Source of the DNA: Azolla caroliniana
Taxonomy: Eukaryota; Plantae; Polypodiophyta
NCBI GenBank assembly: GCA_043228905.1
Contig: JBHGNT010000014.1
Span: forward strand, 19,716,001-19,780,000
DNA length: 64,000 nt
Direction: 5' to 3'
Positions 35,601 to 47,689 of the stretch are shown here, piece by piece (position 1 is the first letter of the stretch; each line of letters starts with the position of its first letter). The position numbers were made by a program, and so were the translations under genes. Below the pieces are notes generated by a model. That model had not been told where the DNA came from. It made no database searches and worked only from the letters and a program-made list of their open reading frames with translations.

Positions 35601-38600
35601 AAGCCCAACCTACGCCATGAAAAGAGATAGGAGAAACAAGCATGAAGCCCGGTGGATCGAGCCAACCTTCTCGGATGGAAATCGATGAATCTATGAAGAA
35701 AGGAAAGGAACGAGTGGCGCCGACTTACAAGCTAAGGTCGGACATAGAACAAACAACCAACTTGCGGAAGGTCCTTGAGGAGAAGGTTTTAGACAATCAT
35801 GTCGGCCTTACTTTGAGAGAGCTACTTGGGATCGCTAAGAAGGAGTTCCACGATACTATCGTGGACTTGATTAAGCGGAAGCGGCAACAATCGGATGAAG
35901 AAGAGGTGAAAACAAGTGCCATAACCATGGCAAGATCCGAAGAGGAGAAGGAAGAAGAAGTGATGGCAGACAACCATTACTCTCGGCCTCATTGGGCAAG
36001 AGCGACAACAGAGACGCCAATGAAGATCGGAGAGAAGAAGGAGACCGTGGTAGCCTTGATTGACCATGGTTCGGAGATCAACCTCATGTCGACCGAATTC
36101 TACAAGAAAGGAAGATGGCCGATCAACACAAACCACGGATGGAAGATACGAGCGGCAACGAAGGCCATGGAAGACTTGTACGGAGCTTGCCCCAATGTTA
36201 AAGTCATAATCGGAGATGTGGAGATGGATCAACACTTCTTCGTGCAAGACTCGGCTTCACATCCCGTCATCCTAGGACAACCATATATCACATCGTCCCG
36301 GATGGAGACTAAGGTGTTCGATAATGGAGCGGCCTTCGCGTGAGTCAAGAGCCTTGACAATCAAAGATCTGTTCAATTCCTTACGGTGCGGGCTAATCAC
36401 GAAAGGAACCAAGATAGCCTTGGAGGCGAATCCTTGGATTTTTAGAGCGGACTATTGAAGCGTGGGGCACAAATAGTTCGAGCAATCATAAGACCCCACA
36501 AGGAAGCGAAATAAGTGGATCGCAAGGAGAAGCAACATGTGTGACGCCTAGCGGTGCATGCAAACTAACATTACTCAACAAGAAGGACAAGCGTCAGATA
36601 CAAGACTTCGAGAAGATGCTGAAAGAAGAAAGCATAATCGAAGAAGAAGAATTCGTGTCTCATATTCTAGAGGAAGCCTCATTTAACGACACCATCGGTG
36701 AAATCGAGGGAGTCGTGAACTTGAGCTACCCTCACGATCAAAATGTGATTTCAGTTAACTCCGTCAACATGTATGCTATCATCGATGAATATCATCGAGG
36801 CATCTTGATGGAGGAAGCTGAAGTCAACACAAAATATAAAATGGTGGATAAGAAGATCAAGCCAGTTGCGGTTCCGCTACCGGAAGATAGCTGGCAAAAG
36901 ATGAAAGAAGTTGCCAATGATCCGAGCTTAAGGGATCCAAAGGCAATAGGTCATGTCTTCACCAAAGAGACGAAAGGAAAGCTACAAGTTGGAAGGGAAG
37001 ATTTCCTTCTCCCCGAAGAGGAGAGAATGTTTTGTGTAATGCTTGAGAGACATGGGAAAGCCTTTGCCTTCTCTCCACAAGAGATCGAATGTGCCGACCC
37101 GAAGATGATAGAGCTGATGGTGATTTTTACGGTGCCGCATGTACCTTGGAACCTCAAGCCGATACCGGTTCCAAGAGCTCACATTCCAAAGTTGATTGAG
37201 CTTCTAAAGGAAAAGGTTAGGATGGGAATTCTTGAGCCATCCAATGCTCCCTACTCTAATAGATGGTTTACGGTGCCGAAGAAGAACGGGTCGTTACACT
37301 TTATACAAGATCTCCAACCCGTCAACAAGGTGATGATCCGAAATTCCGGAATTGGTCCAAACGTGGATGAATTTGCCGAAGCCTTCGCGGGAAGATCGAT
37401 TTATTCCATTGGTGATCTCTACTCAGGTTATGATCAATTTCAATTGGTCGTCGATAGTAGAGATATAACGACAATGAGGACGCCGATCGGGTTGGTAAGG
37501 ATGTGCACCTTACCCCAAAGTGCGACAAATTCCGTAGCCCACATGGTGAATGTCATGAACAAAGTGTTGAGGGATTGTATCCTTGATATCACAATGCCCT
37601 TTTTAGACAACATTCCAATCAAAGGATGCTTGGTGGAAGAAAAAGATGAATCGAAAGATGACGATGGTTGCCAAAGATTCATCATCAATCATATAAAGGA
37701 TAGCGAGAAGGTGTTGCAAAAGCTTGAGGATGCGAATCTCACGTTTTTGGGAGAGAAGTCTGCATTCGGTCAACCAGAAATATTGGTAGTAGGACACTTA
37801 TGTGGGTCTTATGGCCGGAAGCCATCTCCATCCAAGGTGAACGCTATTCAAGAGATGAAAGAAGAATGTGTGTCTCAAACGGAGGTGCGAAGATTCTTAG
37901 GAGCATGAGCATTCTATCACATATGGATTCCACATTATGCCCATGTCGCTGAACCATTGTATGGACTATTAAAGAAAAGGAAGAAGTTCGAATGGGAAGA
38001 TGAGCATACGAGCCCAACCGGAATTGGATGGGTGATAAACCAAGAAGACAAAGAAAAGAACCGATATGCAATCTGATTCGGTGCGAAGGTGTTAATCGAA
38101 AGACAAAGGAAGTGTGCTCAAGTAAAGAGAGATCTATGGGGAATAGTATCCGCGGTTAAAACCGACCGTGGCTACCTTATAGGAACAGAGGTCATAATCG
38201 AAACCGATTGTCTACCTATTCTCGGAATGATATCTGGTTGTGCTACACCGGATATTGCTATGCTGCGATGGATTGCCTATATCAAGTCCCTCAACCCCGA
38301 GATTAGGCATATAAATGGAAAACATAATGTGGTGGCCGATATGTTGTCAAGGGCGAGGTATGACGGTGAAGAAGATTTGCACTCCGACGAAGCGGATGTT
38401 GGCCTAAACTTCTTTACGATTTCTTGTGCTTGGGTGCTAGCAGTGTTCAAAGTAGAATATTATGAGGGGGAATTCATCGAAATTGGAAAATACTTAAGCT
38501 CTCTTACAAAAGATGAATCATGGTCAAAGGAAGACTTCTACCGAATTAGGAAGAAGGCCTACAAGTTCTTCCTCAAAGAAGGACATCTATGGAAGTTTCC

Positions 38601-38994
38601 GAAGAAGAAGAATGGAACTCCACTTCGAGTGGTGTGCAAGAAACAGGATCAACAAACACTAATTGCTAAATTTCATGATAGTGTGTGGGCAGGTCATCGT
38701 GGTATATGGGCAACATTTGCAAAGATCAAGGAGAAGTATTGGTGGTCGGATGTTTACAAAGATGTAGCAAGCTATGTTGAAACATATGAGCAATGCCAAT
38801 TATACTCGAATATTCAACATAGGGATGAACTTCATCTGACATATCCATTATCAATGCACTATAAGTGGTTGGTAGACATAGTGGTTATGCCAATGGTATT
38901 GGGGCAAATGAAATATCTCGTGCTAGCAAGAGAGGATCTCACCAACCAAGTAGAAGCACGGGCGCTAAGGAATAAAACAACTTCGGCGGTTTGT
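32637..38994 (+). mobile_element. Ty3/Gypsy internal fragment, Gypsy B (5' UTR, gag with CCHC, PR, RT, RH, partial IN), no LTRs
   Basis: gag FGGKNITDFL..CVWCDSFEHS*REC, PR ALIDHGSEINLM..VILGQPY, RT KYKMVDKKIKPV..IGDLYSGYDQF..FLDNIPIKG, RH ETDCLPILG..RWIAYI..NVVADMLSR, IN FHDSVWAGHRG..REDLTNQVEARAL, cut at 38994. Confidence 0.92.
32878..33590. repeat. 228-bp tandem duplication plus CG-rich degenerate subrepeats in the Gypsy B 5' UTR
   Basis: attctatcaatgtgtggagcatagaatg.. at 32878 and 33106. Recurring gggcgtacgcg, catggccgcgtggatgtttt and gcgtacgcgtggacgttttggacg modules. Confidence 0.9.
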
Positions 38995-40857
38995 AAGTCA
39001 CGACAACTCAATCTGGGCCTGGAGCTCCTCCTAGTAGTCCCTAAGGGGAGGCTCTGTCTGGGTTGCCGCTTGCTAGAGTTGGGCCAAGGACTCCTTGTCT
39101 GTCTGTGTCGCTCGTTCCATGACTTCCGGAGGTGGTGGTGTTTGCGTCGAGGCTTGGCTGGTTTGGCGGTGCGGGCTGATATCTGCCCATGACGATGGCT
39201 CACTTGTCTGTACCGAGTTTGTCATTGTGTTCGCCTCGGCCATGGTTACCGTGGGGTGGGCGGTGTCGTCTTTGTGTGCTACGGTACCTTCAACACTCAG
39301 GCTCGGGTTCGGAAGAGTGGCTGGTGAGACAGCTTCACTCGGCGCAGGGAGGATTAAGGGCGGTTGTTGCTGTGTGAGTGTCACTAGTTTCTCCTCGGCG
39401 GCTTGCCATAGGTCGGTAGCCCATTTGTCTTGTTGATGCGCCGTTTTGATACGTCGGGCCATGTCCTTCGCTACCCGAGTAGTGTGGTGTAGATTGTGAT
39501 ATGCCTCGACTAAGGCCATGTTCAGATCCGGTAGTTCCATGAGAAGCGAAGCATTCTGTACTTGCTTCTTCCGTCCTATCTTTTGTAAGGCTCGATCCTC
39601 GTGAGGTTCGATTTCACCCATTAGCGTGCGTTGGATCATCTTTGTTTCGGCGTGCTCCTCGGCCATACGAGCGGCGTTAGCTACTTGGGTGCGCGCGAGA
39701 AAATCCATTAACTCGTAAGTTGTGCCCAATCGAAGTAGGACACTGAACTGGTATGCCTCTGGGAGGAGATCTTTGTACCCGAGGACTTTCTCCTCTGATA
39801 TTTGCGTGGTTTGGCCATGCTCAATCGTTCCGACTTGGAGCCATGACTCCGTTGGTACTATGTCCGTGGAGGGGGGGCTAGCCTCTTTTGATTTCTTCCG
39901 TTGGTCGCCTTCGGTTTATGTTGTTTCCTCTCGAATGATACGACGTCTTTTTGGCGGTTGGTCCTGCGCGTGCGGGGCCGGTGGTGTTGGCTCCTCGGCC
40001 TGTTTCCTCTTCTGCTGCCGGATGGCCGAGGGCTGCTAGCTGGTGGGCCGTGGGCTTGGTTGAGGAGAGGTCATTGATGTCCTTGGTGGCCTCTGGCGTA
40101 TGGTGACATCCTCGGGGATGGCCTCCTCGGCCTCATCCCATTCGACACGGTTTGTTGTCACCGCCCGTTGTCTTTGTGTTTTTGGTGGGGGTGGGGCCGA
40201 GGCGGAAACGGGGTGTTGAACGCCTACGGGAGGTGGAGAAGACGGGGATTCTTCCCATTCTTCCTGAGTTATCTCCAAAATCTGCCCACGTTGTTTCCGT
40301 GGTGGTAGTGGTGGAGAGATCAGGGTGCGACGAGGGGAAGCCGAAGGAGGTGGGTAGAGGATTATAAGGAAGTGGTTGATCACAAGCAACAAACGCTTAC
40401 CGGTTTGGAAGGATTCGAGCGCCGCCCGGATTCCTTCGCCTGTGATGATTCCCTAGTCGATTTTGTTTCCCTCGTAAGCACTGATGATGATCGCCGCTTT
40501 GCTCTGTAGCATACTGGTAGGGTTGGTATGCACGAACGCGTACTCCATCAGGATGCGAGCGAGTTCCCCGAATGCCTTGTTGGATCCGCCGTAGGTGCGG
40601 TAGGCTTTACCAGATATGGAATACGCACCAAAGTATTCCTTCAGGGTTGTGGAATGGGGAATCTTGACCTCATGGTCACCTCCTCGTTTCAGGTCCAAGG
40701 CAGCACGAATCATATTGTTGGTGACTGTGTCCGGGTGGATTCGTCGTGCAACCGCTTGGGCATCAGGGTGCGCAGGGGGATCGATCACCTTTAAATAACC
40801 ACCCAAGCCTCGTTCCTGAAGCCAGGAGCGGGTTTCCTGTGAAGCTGCAAGAGGCAT
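38995..40857 (-). pseudogene. N-terminal part of the Gypsy A accessory ORF (continues at 32636-31141)
   Basis: MPLAASQETRSWLQERGLGGYL..AIIISAYEGNKID*GII.. followed by a Pro-rich linker and helical segments. Broken into ORFs 40453-41169, 40036-40392 and 39073-39729. Confidence 0.7.
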
Positions 40858-43800
40858 ACTGGACTCGGGGTTCTGTTGTGTGGAAGATTGGGGAAGGAGG
40901 ATTCGACCAGGTTGAGACAGAGTGAGGGAAAGAGATGGTTGTGGTGCGGCAGCAGGGCTACGAGGGCAAGAGAGGGCTTGTGAGCAAGAGCGGTGGGAGC
41001 AATGAGCGCGCTGAGAGCGAGAGGAAGCTTGAGAGCGTGGGAGCGATGAATGTTGGGTGTGCAAGAAAACGTCTGTGTGTGGAGTGGGCTTGGGGTAACT
41101 ATTTTTTACCGAACACCTAGGGTTTTGTGCATGAAGAGGAGCTTGGAGATTCTTGGGCGTGGATGCCATAATAGGATATTATGGCCACGTGTCCTAGGGA
41201 GTTAGTGCTTCGCCTTGGATGTTGTGCATGTGCCTTTAAATACTTAAGTGAATGTGAAAGTGACTAATGTGTGTCTCTAACCTAACGTGATTTGGGTGAG
41301 GTGGTAGGTGGTGTAGGTGGAACTAACTAATTGCTAAAACTATGCCTAATCCTACCTAATGTCTACTTTGGAATGCTGGTGGGTTCTTACCGAGGGGGAC
41401 GTGTGGCCTCCTTCGTGGCTGTGTCCGTGCCGTGAGACTCGGCAAAAGGGTTGGCTGGGGTATTTCCCTGGTACGGTCGTAGTTGGAATCCATTCACCTG
41501 GCTTTTGACTATTTCCTCGGCGAGGGCGCCGAGCTGGAATGTGCCGTTAAACTCGTCAATAATCCAGAAGGGGCTGGTCCATCGAAATCGTAACTTTCTT
41601 GGCATAGCACCGAGTCGCGTCTGGAAAACGAGGACCGGTTTGCCTATGGTCAGTTCTTGTTCCGATCCCTTCCGATGTCGGTCCACAAAGGCTTTCCGTT
41701 GGCGTTGGCGTTGTTCAAGTTGGGCCATGCTCGCTACTCGGTCCTCGCCAAGTTCGAGGAGTTGTTCCAGCCTCAATTGTTCGGATTGGCCCTCGGGTAG
41801 GCGTGCTTTAACTTGCACTCGGAGACTCGGGACTTGGAACTCGATGGGCATAACGGCTTCTCGACCAAAAGCCATCTGAAAGGGGGTGGATTGAATGCTC
41901 GTTTTGAATGTCGTGCGGTAAGCCCACAGTGCACTCTGGAGCTTGTCATCCCAATCGGTGTGGTTATCATTGACGATCTTCTTCAGGATTGTTTGGAGAA
42001 TTTTGTTAGTCGATTATGCCAATCCGTTTGCTACGGGTAGTATGGTGTGCTTTTCTTATGTACCATTGCGTAGTGAGTTGTAAGCTCGCGTATTATATAG
42101 TTTATAAAGTGCCCACTGTGGTCACTAACGAGCTCAATTGGACATCCATAGTGGCACCAGAGATGTTCGTACACGAATTTGGCCATGGACGTTGCCGTGT
42201 TGTCTCGTAAAGCCTTTGCCTCGACCCATTTTGTGCAGTAGTCCGTGGCGACGATGATATACTTATTACCGGTTCGGGCCGCGGCTGGTTTGAAGGGTCC
42301 CACAAAATCTAACCCCCATTTTTGAAATGGTTCCAATGGAAGAATGGGTTGGCGTGGCATTCGAGCTTGTTCCATCGGTTGTCCTAACCATTGGCACAAG
42401 TCGCACTATCGGCAGAACTCGTGGGCATCCTTTTTCGTTGTAGGCCACCATAACCCACTCTGCCATACTTTCCGTGTTGTGAACTCTCCGGCATAGTGTC
42501 CGCCAGCGATTCCGATGTGAGCCTCTTGGAGGATGGCCTTCTTCTCGAATTGTTGAATGGCCCGACACCATATTCCATCTGAGCCTTTGTGATAGAGGAT
42601 GTCAGAAACTAGACAAAAGTTGCGGTAACGTACTGCAAGTCGTTTCCGTACATCAAGGGCCATGTGGTCAGGAGGCAAGCCAGTACTAAGGAAATGGGTC
42701 ATCTCCGTGATCCATTCATCTTCTTTGTTGTCGGTTAGCGTTGCGAGATGAAATAAGCCAGCATCGGGTAGATCGTCATACGTGGGTTCGGCAGGGTCTC
42801 CGGACTCGAGGCGGCTTAGATAATCGGCGACGGCATGTTGAACTCTCGGTCGATGTTGTATATGAAAATCAAACTCTTGTAATAGGAGCATCCATCGAGC
42901 CAGTCGACCTGTCAAGGCTTGTTTATTAACCAGGTACAGGAGGGCCGAGTGATCGACGTGAAAGGTGAATTTTCAGCCTAAGAGGTAATGCCGAAATTTA
43001 CTGATGTTGTAGATCATACCGAGGGCCTCCCGTTCGATGGTTGAACAGTTCTTTTCCGCGGCCGAGAGACGTCAGCTAGCATAATACATTGGCTGATACC
43101 AATTTGGGGGCGTGCATTGCATAAATGCGCTCCCGATGGCAATATCTGATGCGTCCACGAAGACGTGAAAAGGTTCCGACCATCTCGGTGGCTGTACAAC
43201 TGGGGCATGCGAGAGCATTAATTTCAATCCTTGGTAAGCCTCGTCCTCGATTGAAGTCCATTGAAAGGGGAGTCGATGCACCGCCGCGTGTAATGTTGTC
43301 GCGAAATCGGCTAGGTGGCGTATCATTCGGCTGTGCCATCTGATTTGTCCTAGAAATCGGTTGAGGCTTTTTGCGTTCGAGGGTGCCGGGGCTTTTAGGA
43401 TGGCTTGTACTTTATCTGGGTCCATGGCGATACCTTCTTGACTGACGATGTGTCCAAGTAGGTTGTCGCTTGTGACCAAGAACGTGCATTTTGCCAGGTT
43501 TAAACTTAACCGAGCTTGGCGACATCGATCCAGACAGAGTCGTAACTGGGTCATGTGTTCCAATCGCTGACCAGACACAGTGAAGTCGTCGAGAAAGACT
43601 TGCATGAACGTCGGGATGTACTCGTTAAAAATTTCGGTGATGATGCGCTGGAACGTGGCCTGTGCTGTTTTTAAACCGAACATCATGACTTCTGCCACGA
43701 AAACACCCCATTCCATGACAAATGTTGTTTTCTCTTGATCATCCGAGTGCATTCTGATTTGGTTGTACCCACTGAACCCATCTAGAAAGTTGTAGCATTC

Positions 43801-44902
43801 GTGACCTGCCACAGTGTCGAGAACACTATCCGTGAACGGGAGAGGGAATCCGTTTGTGACCGTTGCAGCATTAAGCTTGCAGTAGTCCACACAGACTCGG
43901 ATTTTCCCGTTTTTCTTGGGGACGACTAGGATTGGGCTTAACCATGTGGCGCGTTTTACCAGTCGTATGAACCCGACTCGGAGGAGCTTGTCTATTTCTT
44001 CCTTGACCTTAGCCGCATAATTGGGGTTCATCTTGTATCGTCTTTGTTGAACCGGCCGAGCGTCCGGGAGAAGGTGGATCTGGTGTTGGTAGTATTGTGG
44101 GTCCAAACCCTTCATATCCGTGTAAGACCATGCGAATACATCCTGGTAATCGGTGAGTAAGTGGATGAGGACTGCTCGTTCATCGGCTGGTAAGTTATTA
44201 GCAATCTGTAGGGTCCGAGGGGTCTCGTCCGAACCGAGGTTCAGTGTTTCGAGCGTTGATGCCTTCACTCGTTAGGAGACGGCGAGTTCACGTTCAAAAG
44301 CGTCCCGAGCGTGTCGTAATTAGGCAATGGTGGTGGGATCAGGCTCATCCTGGGGAGGTGTATTCACCGTGACCTCGTCGTCTAGAGGTGTGCCGACGGT
44401 CGACATGGCGTCGATTTCGAAGAGAGGTATGATAGTGGGATGGTCTTCTAAGAAGTTGTTCACCTCGTCATCGGCTAATTCGTCGAGCATGTGCACCCCT
44501 TCTGCATATAACGGCGAGGTGTTGTGGGGCGTGGTTACGCGTTCTTCGGTTATGATCCAGACCTTGGTCTTTCCTCAGCGAAACGAGATCATGTTGCGCT
44601 ACCAATGTTGTTTGATATTTGTTGTGCGCAACCATGGTCTGCCCAGTAACATTGGGTAAGCCCCCTGTGCTTCGAGTCGTAAGACAACGGCCGAGATAGT
44701 GAACATGTGGCCTCCTAGAGTAAAGTCGAGGTAGTGGATTAATCCGATGGTGCGAACCGATCGTGTGTCGGCCATCCGAAGCCAAAAGGGGCAAGGTTCC
44801 CATTGATTCAGGCCGAGTTGATGACAGGTAGCCTCGCTGAGGACATTCACGCCAAAGCCGTCGTCGATTATGCACTCGTCGATTATCCCAAGGGGGTTCG
44901 AG

Positions 44903-45302
44903 TGTGAGAGGAGAGAGGGAGATATGAGATGCATAGAGAGAACAAATGAGAGAGAGAGAGAATCGAGATAGACACAATTTAGAGTAACTTCGATATCATT
45001 TTTTCATGCCCCATGAGTGAGGATTTATATAATAGAAGATCTTTACAAAAAGCCGAATGGACGTAGGTACACCTACTTACCTCACCTAACACTCACACAT
45101 TCACATAATGCACACAAGACACTACAATATTTTAACATTGGAAACCCTCGACGAGGGATAAAAACCATGGGGATAACCAAGTCCATAACAAAGCAGTAGT
45201 ACAATGTCTTACGATTAACCCTAGACAAAAGTGGGGAGTTAGATGAAACAAAAGTGGAGTAGTAATACAATGTCTTACGATAAACTGACTCCAGTAACTA
45301 CA
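44903..45302. repeat. Possible solo or orphan LTR capping the truncated Gypsy A
   Basis: TG...CA-bounded 400-bp segment starting where PR homology stops, with a GA-rich end and TATA-like box resembling the layout of the LTR at 26701. No TSD. Confidence 0.35.
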
Positions 45303-45889
45303 CCCGACTAAAGCAAGAACTCTCTATACACATGGACTAGTGACCAAGGAAGTGATGTCCAAGGTGTCGATAGTGGAAGCCTTTTAAAGAAGAAGGGTGG
45401 GTCGGACTGTGCTCTTAGCACCCATCTCATTCTTCGGGTTTTTTTTCCGTTCTTTCTGGTGCAGGCCTTGATCTCACTACAAAAGAAGAAGAAGAAGAAG
45501 TAACCATTTGGGTGTCCATGGGCCAATTCACACCAGACAGAAAATGAGTGTGTGTGGCCCGGACATATATGTACATAATGATCACATGGTGTGAGGTTCT
45601 GAAAAAGATGGGAAGGAACTCTAGAGTCTACTCTCTTGGGGGGCCTTATTTCCTGATAATGAAAGGGAAGGGTAATTCGGTGGAATTTAAGAAGAAGAAG
45701 AAGACAGACAGACAGTAAGTTACTATGTTTGGCAAAGAGATGCAGACAGAGACAGCTGCGGATCTGGTTTTGCTTTAGCCATCAGTTTTTAGTGAAAACC
45801 AGGGCTGAAAACTTAAAATTGGATATATATATATATATATATATATATAAACGAATCGTTGGTTCAGGTTTTGAAGGAAGAGATAAAGG

Positions 45890-46059
45890 GGGATTTAATC
45901 TTGTTTGATTCAGCTTCTTAATCTTGTTAAATTTCTTATATTTGGCTAGTTAGTTTTGTTACTCTGTAATATTCGGGATTTAATCTTGTTTGATTCAGCT
46001 TCTTAATCTTGTTAAATTTCTTATATTTGGCTAGTTAGTTTTGTTACTCTGTAATATTC
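45890..46059. repeat. 85-bp perfect tandem duplication
   Basis: gggatttaatcttgtttgattcagc...ctctgtaatattc at 45890 and 45975, flanked by (TA)n runs. Confidence 0.92.
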
Positions 46060-47689
46060 ATATATATATATAATCAATCATGTGTCAAGGAGTGTTCCCA
46101 TCAGCTTTCAATTCTTCCTGCTGTGATTGCTCCTACTCTGATTACTCCTCTTCTAATCCGACAACCCATTACCCTAATCCTCACACTAATCACCCTCTTA
46201 ATTACGTCAAGGACCCTCTATCTAAGACTAGTAGTGGCCACCATGCATGCTCCTCTACCCATATAAACAATCAGAAACAGAGTAATATTAGCAATGATTA
46301 TAAGAAGAAGAGTTTCCTCTCTAACTTGAAATGGGCGGACTTTTCTCGAGCCAGGCCAGTGGTTGGCCCCATGAGACCCGCAGAAGTTGCAAAGGAGGCG
46401 GTACCTGTCGCCCCGACAAAAGATAGAGGAGGAGTGAATGAATTGGATGCTATGGTGGCACGCCATCGCCATGGGGAACTTGCAATCGCTAAGAGCGATC
46501 AGACCCCTCATTTCGTCCACGCTTTCTTCTTCGATTCTTCCTGATTCTCCATGAATCTGTGCCTATCTAGTGTCTAAAATCACCTAAATTGAGGTGCCCA
46601 ACAACCCAGATTAAGGTGTGTAAATCACCCACCCTAATCAGGTGTCCTTTATCTTAATATCGTATTTGTGCAAGCGATATATGATATCAATTTAATCCGG
46701 GCCTCCTCGGCCTTGATAGATTATGTTATCATTGGAAGAGAGAGATTAGTGATAATTCAAATTGAATCATGAATTTATGTATTGTCGACTTTAAAAATTT
46801 CTTGTGACCGTATTTTGAATCCATATGAAACTAGTCGGTTCTTGCAATAGTATTAGAAAATATTGGATTTGGATATGATACTAGTTGCTAGTGCCATTTT
46901 GCCCAAGAACAACATCGGATGCAAGTAGTGTCCAAGAAGCATCAATGTGAGAATTATTGTGGTGTGATACAAAGTTTTGAATTCTATTGCTTTTGAGGTT
47001 AATGCATGAAGTGCTATGTTTAGAAGTACTCTTAGTAATATTTTGTGTACTTTGATATGTAAACAAAAGACAACAATCCTTGCACATGTGGTGTGATTAG
47101 AAGGATTTTGAGCATTATTATGAGGTACGATGATCTGTAAACCAAGTATTTTGATGATTATTTGGAGAGTACTATGATATGTAAACAGAAGCCAACAATC
47201 CTCACACATTCAGGTCAATGTTGAGAAAAAGTCTGGGGGTGCGTTGAATATGATTAATGGGTTAGATCAAGATGTTATGTCCCACAACCTATTAATATAC
47301 AAATGAACCTACATTCAAGGTTTACACCTCAACTTACAATTGTTTGCATTTCCTCATTAATTAGGAGCATATGCACTAGAGTTTTGTTATATTAAGCCTT
47401 TTATTAATGCTCTACTAATAATAGACATGAATGGGATGCAAAGCGTTGACTTCATATGACTCACAACTCTAGGTTTGCAAGCTCAAAAGTCTAGAGTTTA
47501 ATTCTTGAGGGTTGGGGTCAAATAACATGGCTTTTATACGTTTAGTTGAAGATTAGAGAGTAGAGTTGGGAACATGCCTTTTTTGTAATGGAAAAGATGC
47601 ATGTGAATGAGCTAGTAAACGTAAACGATTCACCTAGATGAACTATCAAGGAAGTTGAGCTAGGTAGATGAAGTGTAGATGAAGATGTG

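Larger units (their letters stand above)
30599..44902 (-). mobile_element. Ty3/Gypsy non-chromovirus (Athila/Tat-like) element, Gypsy A: PR-RT-RH-IN plus a large 3' accessory ORF; 5'-truncated and interrupted at 32637-38994
   Basis: PR IIDDGFGVNVL..MLLGRPWL (44934-44599), RT LDGFSGYNQI..FGLK..FLDDF (44268-43072), RH FVDASDIAIG, IN HIGIAGGH..PFQKWGLDFVGP..TKWVEA..ELVSDHSGHF..GREAVMP..RKLRFRWTSPF (42915-41387). Multiple stops. Confidence 0.9.

Noticed and set aside
46080-46544. 154-aa plus-strand ORF
   Set aside because: No recognisable domain and a low-complexity N-terminus; not supported as a CDS (the minus-strand reading is listed as a weak finding).
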